Positions 1 to 12,789 are shown, counted from the first letter of the stretch. The stretch is 64,000 nt of DNA from Macrostomum lignano (GCA_002269645.1 NIVC01000040.1:1116001-1180000), one strand, 5' to 3'. Made by a program: numbers and translations. Notes: generated by a model not told the origin, from the sequence alone.

Positions 1-1040
1 TTTCGTGATTCTACTCGTATAAACAGCATGAATTTTCGAAGCTATAAAGACCCAAGTTTGTAACTCCACATACGTATAATAATCTCAAAAGCTACTTGTA
101 GTTTCATCACTAAAATGGCTAAAAATTCTTTAAATTTCATGAAAGCTATAGACTCAATGCGAACAGGCTGAACTGCTAATGCAACGACATGGGTTCGAAT
201 TTTAATCATGAAAAATAACTATATAAAAGCCTTTTCAACCAAGCAAAGCAGACTTGACTTGAGAAAAGGAAAAAGAAATTAGAACTCAATCAACTTTCAA
301 TAAACCATTTCGACTTTTGAAGATCGTCCAAGCTTTTAGACACACGGCAGATTTTGTCTGCATTGCATTTTGCCTCTCCATGCTTAGTAAGTCTTATTAC
401 GTTCTGGTGGGTGACTGTATATCAAATTCATTCTTTTATTGCGGGAGAAGTTTTCATTTCTATATACATGCAGGGGTAAAATGTACCCGGTACATACATA
501 AGAATCGGTGAGCTATTAATACATGAATATTCCATGTCGCATTTGTCCCCTACATCTGGGGGGATTGCTGAGATGTCAAGGCTCATAGGGGAATTGCTGA
601 GGTGAGATGAAAGGCTCACGGGGGAATTGGTAAGATGTCACAGAGGCTCACGGGGGAATTGGTAAGATGTCACAGAGGCTCACGGGGGAATTGGTGAATG
701 TCGCATCTTACGGGGTAATTGCTGAGATGTCAAGGCTCATGGGGGAATTGCTGAGATGTCAATAGGCTTACGGGGAAATCGCTGAAATTCTGTGACCCAT
801 GGGTTACTGAGTTGCAAAAGATTAATTGGAGGTTGTTAGTAGCCAAAGCATCAAGGGGGGAGAGGTTTAGGGTTAAGTCATGGCTTTAAAGGGAATTTAG
901 ATTATATTTTAGGCTATACAGGTGGCTTTCAGGTCTTATGCTTTTTTGCTTTAAACATCAGTCTCCTTAGGGAACTAACAATAGTGACCATACAAGGTCA
1001 AAAGCTGCATGTGATGTGATTTATTGATTAAGATTGCTAG
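1..1040 (+). mobile_element. Partial non-autonomous Helitron, plus-strand relative of the element at 29608-32095
   Basis: Shares the tRNA-like cassette (~143-205, GGGTTCGAATT) and the ggggaattgctgagatgtcaaggctca modules (~530-800, reverse complement of 29750-30200) in the same order. Ends AGATTGCTAG|T at 1040, like the 29608 terminus; no clear terminal hairpin. Confidence 0.45.
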
Positions 1041-1955
1041 TCCATATTTTTAAACCACCGTCTAGATTGCAACTCACTGCAAGGTTTCCATACGAGACTA
1101 TATCAATAAATCTTGAATTTTTACACCTATGCCCTAGAGATTCCACTAAAAGCTAACAATTATTAGCTTAAAAAAGCTCTTGAATCATTAAGAGTAAACA
1201 AATTAGATTTTTAAGTAGGCAAAAGCTTAAACAAAGAGTGCATAGTCATATAGGTGTAATATAGCCGATTAAATATGATTTATGGCCAATGAAAGGCACA
1301 GAATCGCCCAATGGTAAAAACACCAAACTAGTACAAAACTGCGCCACTTAGAAGTCACAATACAAAAAAATCGAATGACAGAAAAGGAAACACTGCAGCA
1401 ATGACAAAATAAATCAAACAAGGCAGTTATTAAAATTATCAACTTAGAAATAACAGCAAGCATTATCTATGCAGTTAGTATAACTCTGAAAATTAAAAAG
1501 ACCATGCCAATCAATCTTACAACAATTTTCTTTCAACAACAGCCCTCTTGACTGTTCAGTCTCATAATCGTCCCACAGGATATGCTTCGTAATAGCTAGA
1601 CGAAGCGGAGGTAAACTGAGAGTTTAATTAACCAGTAGCTTAGATTTTCTGTATGACAACCATATCGATATTCACTATTCAGATTGGATGCAACTTACCG
1701 AAGAGGCAAAACTAATAAACATGCAATCATTGATCGATTCGAAAAGACCTGATAATCAATGAACAAAACGACACGAGGGGAAATTAATAACAATATGTTC
1801 AATTCATAAAAAAATTACAAGAATACTTTTGTGTGTGCGGGATTTTACCGAGAGGCATTTAGTTGCAAAGATTGTATTCCATAGAACACAGTTGTTGCAG
1901 TCAATTTGGTAACAACAGCCAGTCAAAATGATTGCGCTAATTTTGTGAAATTATA

Positions 1956-2130
1956 CAGGTTGGTGCATAAGTAGCCGAACGCAATTATAAACACAAAAAT
2001 AAAATGTCTTATAAAGTAAGAAAAAAGTATGCTCATACGCTCGTATGTATTAATTTTTTAATATATTATTATTTGTTTTATGTATTCTTAACAAAACTTA
2101 ACAAAGTTCGGCTACTTATGAAACATTCTG
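1956..2130. mobile_element. Tc1/mariner-type MITE (175 bp)
   Basis: 25-bp imperfect TIRs caggttggtgcataagtagccgaac / cagaatgtttcataagtagccgaac (right end, reverse complement), with TA on both sides. Confidence 0.7.
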
Positions 2131-3335
2131 TATTTTAAATTCCATTGCATTAATCAATAATACATGCATACAGGCAATAAATGACTGACTCGGAACAACG
2201 ATGCACTCTAAATATGACAGTCAACTGTGACTTATAAAAGTACGCAACAGACTTGCAATTTGCGCATTCAGGCGTATACCAAGCAAAGCTGAAAGCGTTA
2301 AACTTGGGTGAACAAGACATAGCGGACAAAAAACCCAGGGCATCGGAGTGCTGTTTAAAAAACAATCGATAAACTTCAGTCTCCAAACAGGCCAACCAAT
2401 CCAATAAGGGAAAGCTAAATTCCGCTTAGGCCAAAGAAATAAAGTTAGCCGTTAGTGGGGGTGGGGGCAAGACAGAAAGCAGGGGAGGAGGAGTGGGGTT
2501 GGTGCAGTGGTGCTGATTGCTGATAAAAAAGGCTGACCCAATTACTCCTACCCTGCCGGCTAAATAGCAATAAAACTTGTTTAAAAGTCTACAAGGAACG
2601 GGGTGGTGGCCGGAGGGGGTGAGGCGTGCCTGTGGGTTAGGGTTAAAAATCGATATCTCGCCTAACGAAACCCACCCTAGAAAACTACGAGACGAGTCTG
2701 GGGCCTGTTCTGTGCGATATAACGCAATAAAATTTTAATTTGTGATGCTTAAAGTCCTATTTAAACACTGCCAAAGCCATATGCACGTCGTTAAAGCATT
2801 TGTAATTAAGTCACACTTTAATTTATTGTCAATTTAATTTTCATCAGCTTTTTACTTGTACAAAATCAAAATTAATTACTAGAAACCCACAATATACCAC
2901 TTTAAGTAGCGAAATACGAATATATTATAACAAAATTTACTATAAAAACAAAACTTTATAATGATAATGATCAACAATGGAGATTAATAGAAATCAATTA
3001 CAAAAGCACCTTATAAGGCTTTGCTTCAGATATCCGATAATATTGAGCTATTGAGCTTATGCTATTATAAGTAGGTAAGTAGGTTGATATACAAGTACAT
3101 TCAAAATATAAACAAAAATGCTTTTCGTAGTAATACAAAATAAAACAAAAACACAGGATCGATGGGGAGAATGAGGAAAAGATAGCAAACGGGAATACAA
3201 GACAATTGACGAACTTACCTAAAATGGCTGAAGCGCCTCATCATCTAATTAAAAAAAAAACTCGCCACTCAGCATGCATAATAAAATGAAAATCAGCGAG
3301 ATTGTTAAAAACAACTAAAATAATTAGCCGCTCAA

Positions 3336-3884
3336 TCAGTCTGATCGGCGTTTTGTTTTTTTGTCGTCATTTTCCGAATTGCTCTCGACGCCTTCGTCGA
3401 CGGGACCAGCCGGGGCGGCAGGTGCGGCGGCTTGTTCAAAAAATGGTCGTTTCGGTCTAACTTTCTCGTAAACAAAGCGCTGCTCGCGCCATTCTAATAA
3501 ATCGGCGCCATCAGGGGCGGAGCCGTCGCCGTGTTTAGTAAAGGCCCGATTTCTTGCATAGTGAAATTGTCGTTTAGCAAAATCGTAGAACTCCTGCTCG
3601 AGCTTCCAGGCCGGGGTTTTCTTTAATTTATCTATTGTCGCCTGCGAAGGCGGCACTTTGTGCGAAGTTCTGCGCAGATGCGATTTCTCCCGACTGCGGT
3701 AAGCCGCCGTTAGGCCGCGAAAAAATCTTGGCAAAGCTGATTCTAATAATATGATAAAATCGCCCAGCTCTTCGGTGATGCCAACTAAGAAATATTTATC
3801 AACAAGGTTGCGCTTCGCCTGCTCCAGGGCCTCCCGGTTGCCAGGCTGCCAGCAGTGAGCGTCGTGGCCGCAGAAAAACGGAAC
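3336..3884 (-). CDS. HS2ST1: Heparan sulfate 2-O-sulfotransferase, exon 3 (last)
   Basis: VPFFCGH...YFLVGITEELGDFIILLESALPRFF...KSHLRRT...WKLEQEFYDFA matches the HS2ST C-terminal half. Acceptor ctaac...ctcaag|GTT, phase 0. Confidence 0.93.
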   Translation of the reverse strand, partial: VPFFCGHDAHCWQPGNREALEQAKRNLVDKYFLVGITEELGDFIILLESALPRFFRGLTAAYRSREKSHLRRTSHKVPPSQATIDKLKKTPAWKLEQEFYDFAKRQFHYARNRAFTKHGDGSAPDGADLLEWREQRFVYEKVRPKRPFFEQAAAPAAPAGPVDEGVESNSENDDKKTKRRSD

Positions 3885-3934
3885 CTTGAGCAACAGGTTA
3901 GGGATTAAAAATATCTGAATTTGTTGTTTTCTAA

Positions 3935-4675
3935 TACCTGAAATACCTGCTTTCCTATCCCTGAAATACCTGCTTTCCTATCCCTGAAATACCTGATTTC
4001 CCACCCATGAAACACCCGATTCCCCATCCATGAAACACCCGATTCCCCATCCATGAAACACCCGATTCCCCATCCATGAAACACCCGATTCCCCATCCAT
4101 GAAACACCCGATTCCCCATCCATGAAACACCCGATGTCCCATCCATGAAACACCCGATTCCCCATCCATGAAACACCCGATTCCCCATCCATGAAACACC
4201 CGATTCCCCATCCATGAAACACCCGATTCCCCATCCATGAAACACCTGATTCCCCATCCATGAAACACCCGATTCCCCATCCATGAAACACCCGATTCCC
4301 CATCCATGAAACACCCGATTCCCCATTCATGAAACACCCGATTCCCCATCCATGAAACACCTGATTTCCCATCCATGAAACACCTGATTTGCCATCTCTG
4401 AAACACCCGATTCCCCATCCATGAAACACCTGATTCCCCATCCATGAAACACCCGATTCCCCATCCATGAAACACCCGATTCCCCATCCATGAAACACCC
4501 GATTCCCCATCCATGAAACACCTGATTTGCCATCTCTGAAACACCCGATTCCCCATCCATGAAACACCTGATTCCCCATCCATGAAACACCCGATTCCCC
4601 ATCCATGAAACACCCGATTCCCCATCCATGAAACACCTGATTTCCCATCTATGAAACACCTGATTCCCATCCCCA
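3935..4675. repeat. 23-bp minisatellite filling HS2ST intron 2
   Basis: Unit atccatgaaacacccgattcccc; explains the 23-aa periodic ORFs in three frames. Confidence 0.95.
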
Positions 4676-4710
4676 AAAACAAAAAATCATTACATAAGAC
4701 CAACTCTTAC

Positions 4711-4924
4711 CTGCAGCCAGAGACTCTTCTCTGAGCAGTCCTTGTGACCCTGCTCAACGCACTGATCGAATGTCATCTGCTGGGTGCGCTTATTTCGCAT
4801 TCGTTTGCGCACCAGATGAGGCCGATAGTCGTCGCCAAAGCGTAGAAAATAAAAATATGATATTAGGCGCTCCAGCGGATCCCGGATGATGTTGATGTGC
4901 AGCGGTTGGAGTGGGGAGCCCAGC
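4711..4924 (-). CDS. HS2ST1: Heparan sulfate 2-O-sulfotransferase, exon 2 (absent from ORF track)
   Basis: Hand translation LGSPLQPLHINIIRDPLERLISYFYFLRFGDDYRPHLVRKR...TFDQCVEQGHKDCSEKSLWLQ contains the 3'-PSB motif RDPLERLISYFYF. Splice sites ctgcag| and |gtaaga; phases fit both neighbouring exons. Confidence 0.93.
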
Positions 4925-4959
4925 CTGCAGCGGGGTCATTAGGAAATGGGATTGTGTTC

Positions 4960-6312
4960 AGATGAGATTCTATTAATAATGGGTGATATTCTATTAATAA
5001 TGGGTGAAATTCTATTCATATTGGATGAGATTCTATTCATATTGGATGAGATTCTATTAATAATGGGTGAGATTCTATTCATAATGGGTGAAATTCTATT
5101 CATATTGGATGAGATTCTATTCATATTGGATGAGATTCTATTAATAATGGGTGAGATTCTATTCATAATGGGTGAAATTCTATTCATATTGGATGAGATT
5201 CTATTCATATTGGATGAGATTCTATTAATAATGGGTGAGATTCTATTCATAATGGGTGAGATTCTATTAATAATGGGTGAGATTATATTCATAATGGGTG
5301 AGATTCTATTCATATTGGATGAGATTCTATTAATAATGGGTGAGATTCTATTCATAATGGGTGAGATTCTATTCATAATAAGTGAGATTCTATTCATATT
5401 GGATGAGATTCTTTTAATAATGGGTGAGATTCTATTCATAATGGGTGAAATTCTATTCATATTGGATGAGATTCTATTCATATTGGATGAGATTCTATTC
5501 ATATTGGATGAGATTCTATTAATAATGGGTGAGATTCTATTCATATTGGATGAGATTCTATTCATATTGGATAAGATTCTATTAATAATGGGTGAGATTC
5601 TATTCATAATGGGTGAGATTCTGTTCGTAATGGGTGAGATTCTATTCATATTGGATGAGATTCTATTCATAATGGATGAGATTCTATTCATAATGGATGA
5701 GATTCTATTCATATTGGATGAGATTCTATTCATATTGGATGAGATTCTATTCATAATGGGTGAGATTCTATTCATATTAAGTGAGATTCTATTCATAATG
5801 GGTGAGATTCGATTCATATTGGACGAGATTCTATTCATAATGGGTGGGATTCTATACTTTTATTGGATGAGATTCTATTCATATTGGGTGACATCTTATA
5901 TTCATATTGGATGAGATTCTATTCATAATGGGTGAGATTCTATTCATAATGGATGAGATTCTATTCATAATGGATGAGATTCTATTCATATTGGATGAGA
6001 TTCTATTCATATTGGATGAGATTCTATTCATATTGAGTGAGATTCTATTCATAATGGGTGAGATTCGATTCATATTGGACGAGATTCTATTCATATTGGA
6101 CGAGATTCTATTCATAATGGGTGGGATTCTATACTTTTATTGGATGAGATTCTATTCATATTGTGTGAGATTCTATACATAATGGGTGAGGTTCCATTTA
6201 TAATGGGTGAGATTCTATTCATATTGAGTGAGATTCTATACATAATGGGTGAGATTCCATTTATAATGGGTGAGATTCTATTCATAATCGATGAGATTCT
6301 ATTCATAATCGA
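4960..6312. repeat. 21-bp minisatellite filling HS2ST intron 1
   Basis: Units gatgagattctattcatattg / ggtgagattctattcataatg; give 7-aa periodic ORFs on both strands. Confidence 0.95.
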
Positions 6313-6332
6313 TGAATGAGCCGACAATTCAC

Positions 6333-6766
6333 CTGCCAAAGTCCAGATATGCCACGTGGCCGTGAACCATCATTGGCTGCATCTCTCGCCAACCAGTGAG
6401 ATTGTGCACCAGAGCCGCCTGATTGGCCAGCGTCAGCACGTGCTGATTACGGCTAGTACTAATGTGAATCACGTGAATCTGGTTCGACCAGCACAGATCG
6501 TACACCATGTTGACGAAACTTGTACTGCCAGTTTTCGGGACCCGATTGTAGACTATTAGACTCGGAATCGAACTTTTTGACTGCTGGATTGGCGAATTGA
6601 AGGTCTGAGCAACTTGATGGGGCTGAGACTGAGGCTGCGACTGAAGCTGCTCATCTAGGCGAGTTCGGCTAAGGGTCACGATGAGCAGCAGACAGAGCAG
6701 GCAGACGGCTGCCACAGGCCAACGCTGCCGCCAAACGAATGAACAGAAACGAACCATAGACGGCAT
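6333..6766 (-). CDS. HS2ST1: Heparan sulfate 2-O-sulfotransferase, exon 1
   Basis: ATG at 6766, type-II membrane anchor, 5'-PSB motif YNRVPKTGSTS, HGHVAYLDF; donor ag|gtgaat. Three exons sum to 1197 nt = 398 aa plus stop. Confidence 0.9.
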
Positions 6767-6959
6767 GACAAATAAGGTGCCCAAATATCTACTTTCAGTG
6801 TTGCAACTGAATAGTAGTAGTATATATAATAACTACTATTTAGCTGTTATTCAACCCATGCAATATTTGTAAGCGACTGTCATTAGTAATAATTAACCAT
6901 GCATTAAGACTGTAAAGGTAATTCTGAGTGCAAATGATATTATAATCCTATATAGGAAT

Positions 6960-8145
6960 AGAATCGGCGCTACAAGCCTACAACTGTCACAGACTGTTGG
7001 ATTCGGCGCTAAAACAGCCACAGACTGTTGAATTCGGCGCTAAAACTATCAGAGACTGTTAGAATCGGTGCTAAAACTGACAGGCCGTTGGAATCGGCGC
7101 TAAAACTATCAGACTCTTGGAATTGGCGCTAAAACTATCAGACTGTTAAAATTGGCGCTAAAACAGCCACACACTGTTGGAATCGGTGCTAAAACTGTCA
7201 GACTGTTGGAATTGGCGCTAAAACAGCCACACACTGTTGGAATCGGTGCTAAAACTATCAGAGACTGTTGGAATCGGCGCTAAAACTACCAGAGACTTGA
7301 ATTCAGAGCTAAAACAGCCATACACTGTTGGAATCGGTGCTAAAACTGTCAGACTGTTGGAATTGGCGCTAAAACAGCCACACACTGTTGGAATCGGTGC
7401 TAAAACAGCCACACACTGTTGGAATCGGTGCTAAAACTGACAGGCCGTTGGAATCGGCGCTAAAACTATCAGACTCTTGGAATCGGCGCTAAAACTATCA
7501 GACTCTTGGAATTGGCGCTAAAACTATCAGACTCTTGGAATTGGCGCTAAAACTATCAGACTCTTGGAATTGGCGCTAAAACTATCAGACTCTTGGAATC
7601 GGCGCTAAAACTATCAGACTCTTGAAATCGGCGCTAAAACTATCAGACTCTTGGAATTGGCGCTAAAACTATCAGACTCTTGGAATTGGCGCTAAAACTA
7701 TCAGACTCTTGGAATCGGCGCTAAAACTATCAGACTCTTGGAATTGGCGCTAAAACTATCAGACTCTTGGAATTGGCGCTAAAACTATCAGACTGTTGGA
7801 ATTGGCGCTAAAACAGCCACACACTGTTGAAATTGGCGCTAAAACTATCAGACTGTTGGAATCGGTGCTAAAACTGACAGGCCGTTGGAATCGGCGCTAA
7901 AACTATCAGACTCTTGAAATTGGCGCTAAAACTATCAGACTGTTAAAATTGGCGCTAAAACAGCCACACACTGTTGGAATCGGTGCTAAAACTATCAGAG
8001 ACTGTTGGAATCGGCGCTAAAACTACCAGAGACTTGAATTCAGCGCTAAAACAGCCACACACTGTTGGAATCGGTGCTAAAACTACCAGAGACTTGAATT
8101 CAGCGCTAAAACAGTCATACACTGTTGGAATCGGTGCTAAAACTG
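6960..8145. repeat. 29-31-bp minisatellite between the SPSB3-like gene and HS2ST
   Basis: Unit ggaattggcgctaaaactatcagactctt and variants. Confidence 0.93.
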
Positions 8146-8463
8146 TTATGAACCGTTGGTTTAGTTTTCTAGACAAAGATTTAAGGTGCTGTAGATTTCT
8201 ATGAAAGTAACAATGGACAAAATAAATGGAACTTGCAGCTAACTGCACTGCTAATATATTAACATGTTGCACTATTTCAACATAAAATTTACAAAGACAA
8301 CAAAGAAACCAGTTGTAGGGATATTTGAAACAGCATCGTGAACAGATTACCACATAGAGCAACTATGCAGAAATAAATATATACAAACAAGCCCGATAGG
8401 AATCACAGAAAACCGTAGCGGCAATCAACATTGTTTGAAGCTAGTCTTAACTCAGTGTCTATG

Positions 8464-8647
8464 CTAAAAAGCTGATCCCGGCCCAGCATCATTATCCTCC
8501 TCATCGCGACTCTCTTCATCAAACCGAAGCTTTAAACGTCGGCGCTTAGGCACCGATGCAGTGCCGGATTCGACGTCAATGTCATCTTCGACATCGTCGT
8601 TGGAATTAGCAGTGGCAGCGGTAGATTTCGAAGTCGGACCATTGTGT
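8464..8647 (-). CDS. SPSB3: SPSB3-like gene, last exon (acidic tail with basic patch)
   Basis: Acceptor ttgcag|a, phase 2. Encodes HNGPTSKST...DDVEDDIDVE...PKRRRLKL...EESRDEEDNDAGPGSAF*, in frame with the previous exon. Confidence 0.7.
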
Positions 8648-8689
8648 CTGCAAGTTAAAGCACAGACGATGAATTATTATAAACTAATA

Positions 8690-9900
8690 CCCAATCCACC
8701 CCACCGATAGCTTAGCTACCCAATCCACCCCACCGATAGCTTAGCTTACCCAATCCACCCCACCGATAGCTTAGCTACCCAATCCACCCCACCGATAGCT
8801 TAGCTACCCAATCCACCCACCGATAGCTTAGCTACCCAATCCACCCCACCGATAGCTTAGCTACCCAATCCACCCACCGATAGCTTAGCTACCCAATCCA
8901 CCCCACCGATAGCTTAGCTACCCAATCCACCCCACCGATAGCTTAGCTACCCAATCCACCCCACCGATAGCTTAGCTACCCAATCCACCCCACCGATAGC
9001 TTAGCTATCCAATCCACCCGACCGATAGCTTAGCTATCCAATCCACCCGACCGATAACTTAGCTTACCCAATCCACCCACCGATAGCTTAGCTACCCAAT
9101 CCACCCACCGATAGCTTAGCTACCCAATCCACCCACCGATAGCTTAGCTACCCAATCCACCCACCGATAGCTTAGCTACCCAATCCACCCCACCGATAGC
9201 TTAGCTACCCAATCCACCCCACCGATAGCTTAGCTACTCAATCCACCCAACCGACAGCTTAGCTACCCAATCCACCCCACCGATAGCTTAGCTATCCAAT
9301 CCACCCGACCGATAGCTTAGCTACCCAATCCACCCCACCGATAACTTAGCTACCCAATCCACCCCACCGATAACTCAGCTATCCAATCCACTCCACTGAT
9401 AACTTAGCTACTCGACCGATAGCTTAGCTACCCAATCCACTCCACTGATAACTTAGCTACCCAATCCACCCCACCAATAGCTTAGCTACCCAATCCACCT
9501 CATAGCTGCCCCATAGCTACCCCATCCACCTCATAGCTATCCCATCCACCCCATAGCTACCCCATCCACTCAATAGCTACCTCATCCTCCCCATAGCTAC
9601 CCCATCCACCCCATAGCTACCCCATCCACCTCATAGCTACCCCTAATCCTCCCCATAGCTACCCCATCCACCCCATAGCTACCCTTAATCCTCCCCATAA
9701 CTTCCCAATCCACCCCATAGCTACCCCATCCACCCCATAGCTACCCCATCCACCCCATAGCTACCCCATCCACCCCATAGCTACCCCATCCACCTCATAG
9801 CTACCCCTAATCCTCCCATAGCTACCCCTTCCACCCCATAGCTACCCCTAATCCTCCCCATAACTTCCCAATCCACCCCATAGCCACCTCAACCACCCCA
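8690..9900. repeat. Compound 29-bp then 20-bp minisatellite filling an SPSB3-like intron
   Basis: accccaccgatagcttagctacccaatcc (29 bp) grading at ~9500 into ctaccccatccaccccatag (20 bp). Confidence 0.95.
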
Positions 9901-9908
9901 TTGCTCAC

Positions 9909-10256
9909 CTGTACGCAGGCCATATAAGGTAGGGCAGGTTGTTAGTAAGCAGGCTGACCAAGCCCGGCGGTAGTGTCAAGGCCTCTGTAACGCAGAGCCT
10001 ATCCGGTATGAGATGTCGCAGAGCCCTGCAGCTAAGCGCCTGCAAAGTGATTGGCAGGCTTAGCGCCCGGATTAGTTTAACGCCACTCTTAGCCGCCGTG
10101 CTGCACACAGCCGGATACATTGGCGCCTTGAGACCGCGAGCGGCCACGCCAAGACACTGGCGATTTAGAAAATAGGTAAGGGTGCCGTGCCAGAGGTCCA
10201 GCAGGAGGCCAACAATGGCGCCTTGGCCGAATGGTCTGCAGAATTCGCGTTTCTGC
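9909..10256 (-). CDS. SPSB3: SPSB3-like gene, SPRY C-terminal half plus SOCS box exon
   Basis: FGQGAIVGLLLDLWHGTLTYFLNRQCLGVAA...YPAVCSTAAKS...TLQALSCRALR...LTLPPGL. Splice sites ctcag| and |gtgagc; phase 2 at both ends. Confidence 0.88.
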
Positions 10257-10344
10257 CTGAGGGCAGTTTTAAGATGATCGGGGCGTTTTTTATTTGTTTT
10301 GAGGCACAAAACTGGATTTTGAATACTTGGACACGTGCATATAT

Positions 10345-11520
10345 GGCGCCAAAATGAGTACCAGAGAGCTGCCAAAATAAGTACTAGGGAGGCGCCAAAA
10401 TGAGTACTAGGGAGGCGCCAAAATGAGTATAAGAGAGGCGCCAAAATGAGTACCAGAGAGGCACCAAAATGAGTACTAGGGAGGCGCCAAAATGAGTACC
10501 AGAGAGGCGCCAAAATGAGTACCAGAGAGGTGCCAAAATGAGTATCAGAGAGGCACCAAAAGGAGTATCAGAGAGGCACCAAAATGAGTATCAGAGAGGC
10601 ACCAAAATGAGTACCAGAGAGGCACCAAAAGGAGTACCAGGGAGGCGCCAAAATGAGTACCAGGGAGCTGCCAAAATGAGTACAGGGAGGCGCCAAAATG
10701 AGTACTAGGGAGGCGCCAAAATGAGTACCAGAGAGGCGCCAAAATGAGTATCAGAGAGGCGCCAAAATGAGTACCAGGGAGCTGCCAAAATGAGTACAGG
10801 GAGGCGCCAAAATGAGTACTAGGGAGGCGCCAAAATGAGTATCAGAGAGGCACCAAAATGAGTACCAGGGAGGCGCCAAAAGGAGTACCAGAAGGGCACT
10901 AAAATGAGTACCAGAGAGGCGCCAAAATAAGTACCAGAGAGGCACCAAAATGAGTACCAGAGAGGCGCCAAAATGAGTACCAGAGAGGCGCCAAAATGAG
11001 TACCAGAGAGGCGCCAAAATTAGTAACAGAGGGGCACCAAAAGGAGTATCAGAGAGGCACCAAAATGAGTAACAGAGGGGCACCAAAAGGAGTATCAGAG
11101 AGGCACCAAAAGGAGTATCAGAGAGGCACCAAAAGGAGTATCAGAGAGGCACCAAAAGGAGTATCAGAGAGGCACCAAAAGGAGTATCAGAGAGGCGCCA
11201 AAATGAGTACCAGAGAGGCGCCAAAATGAGTACCAGAGAGGCGCCAAAATGAGTAACAGAGGGGCACCAAAAGGAGTATCAGAGAGGCACCAAAATGAGT
11301 AACAGAGGGGCACCAAAAGGAGTATCAGAGAGGCACCAAAAGGAGTATCAGAGAGGCACCAAAAGGAGTATCAGAGAGGCACCAAAAGGAGTATCAGAGA
11401 GGCACCAAAATGAGTACCAGAGAGGCACCAAAATGAGTACCAGGGAGCTGCCAAAATGAGTACAGGGAGGCGCCAAAATGAGTACCAGGGAGCTGCCAAA
11501 ATGAGTACCAGGGAGGCGCC
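10345..11520. repeat. 23-bp minisatellite filling an SPSB3-like intron
   Basis: Unit gaggcgccaaaatgagtaccaga and variants. Confidence 0.95.
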
Positions 11521-11672
11521 AAGCTTGGTACTAGACACAAAATATCGCCTGCAAAACATTATAAACTGTATATAAATGACTATTTTTTAGTATTTAACTT
11601 AGGAATGAGACAAGCTAGACACACACGCTCTGACACAATTAATTATATAATAAAAGAAAAACAAATCCTCAC

Positions 11673-12391
11673 TGATTCTGTTGAAAGTAGCCATTATAAG
11701 ACAGTCCCATCGAGTCGGGTCCCAATCCCAGTAGGGATACGAATGCGCTATGATGACTGCGAGGCTCGAATCCAGTCGAGCAGACGCCAGCCATAATATC
11801 GGTGCCATAAACCGGGCTGACAAATTTCAATTCCCAATAGTGCAAGCCGTCTATTAGTGGCCGATTGCCAACCGCCGCCGCGGTGCCTCGGCTAAACAGC
11901 GGATGAAAGCTGACGATGCGGCCGCAGCTGGACAGGGCGCAGTCGGCGGCCTCCGGTTCTGCCCAGGACCAATCGGCGTCGCTGTTATCCTGCCGACTAC
12001 CGCCGTCACCAGTTGTCGATGCCGACAACTCTTCGCCGCAGGCGCAATGAATCCAAGTCAAAGATCTGGCACCGCCGCCGTTGGCTCGGGGACAGTTGCA
12101 GAACGACTCGGTGTCCCTGCGCGGTTTGTACAGTTCAGACAGGCCGCCGCCTTGGGCGCTGATGGCTGCTCGGCGATGCTGTTGAAGATGATGACGGAGT
12201 CTGGGATGGTGCCGAGGCGACTCACCACTGTTGCTGCTTCTGTCATCATCGTCTAGAAGGGTGAGCCTCAGCTGCTCGCCAGCGGCCGACTGCTGAGGCT
12301 GATGATCAGCGCCAGTGTAGCCATCGCTGCTGCTGCTGCTACTGCTGCTGTTACTACTGTCAGCAGTAGTGCTGTTGTCTGGTGCTGTTGC
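11673..12391 (-). CDS. SPSB3: SPSB3-like gene, exon with Ser-rich N-region and SPRY N-terminal half
   Basis: Open frame from acceptor tttcag| (12391) through ESFCNC...CACGEE...VSFHPLFSRGTAA...HYWELKFVSPVYGTDIMAGV...SLLG...SMGLSYNG to donor |gtgagg. No in-frame ATG, so an upstream exon is required. Confidence 0.88.
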
Positions 12392-12789
12392 CTGAAATTA
12401 TTTTAGTCATTTTCTAACTAATGTATTAGTAAATTGATATAAAATAAAACCAATTACTTTAAGGGGTTACTTTAAGAGGGTAGCCTCTCTATCGGGCTCT
12501 CGGGTCCTCTGGAACTTCACAACAGCAAACTGGCCTAAGACATGTCTTAAGGTTTATGACACTTCTCTGCTCTCTACTCTCTGATCTCATATCTTCTCTC
12601 CTCTCCCTTCTCTTTTTTCCTCTCTTAACATATTTTATCTCTTCTCTCCTCTTGTCTCCTATCTTCTCTTTAATTCCTTTGCCTCATTTCTCTATCTCTC
12701 TTCCCTTGATATCTCTCCTTGTTCCCTTCTCTGACCCGCAGTCATGCGCTGGATTCTCTATCTGGCCCTTGAGGTAAAAAACGTTTTTT

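Noticed and set aside
1582-1604. 7-bp hairpin gcttcgt/acgaagc as a Helitron end or terminator
   Set aside because: No CTRR at the expected distance, and rho-independent terminators are not relevant here.
3905-6339. Long ORFs of 110-322 aa on both strands
   Set aside because: They are translations of 23-bp and 21-bp intronic minisatellites lying between verified HS2ST exons.
7218-11559. Periodic ORFs (VLAPIPTV..., HFGASLVL...)
   Set aside because: Minisatellite read-through; only the SPRY/SOCS segments bounded by splice sites are coding.
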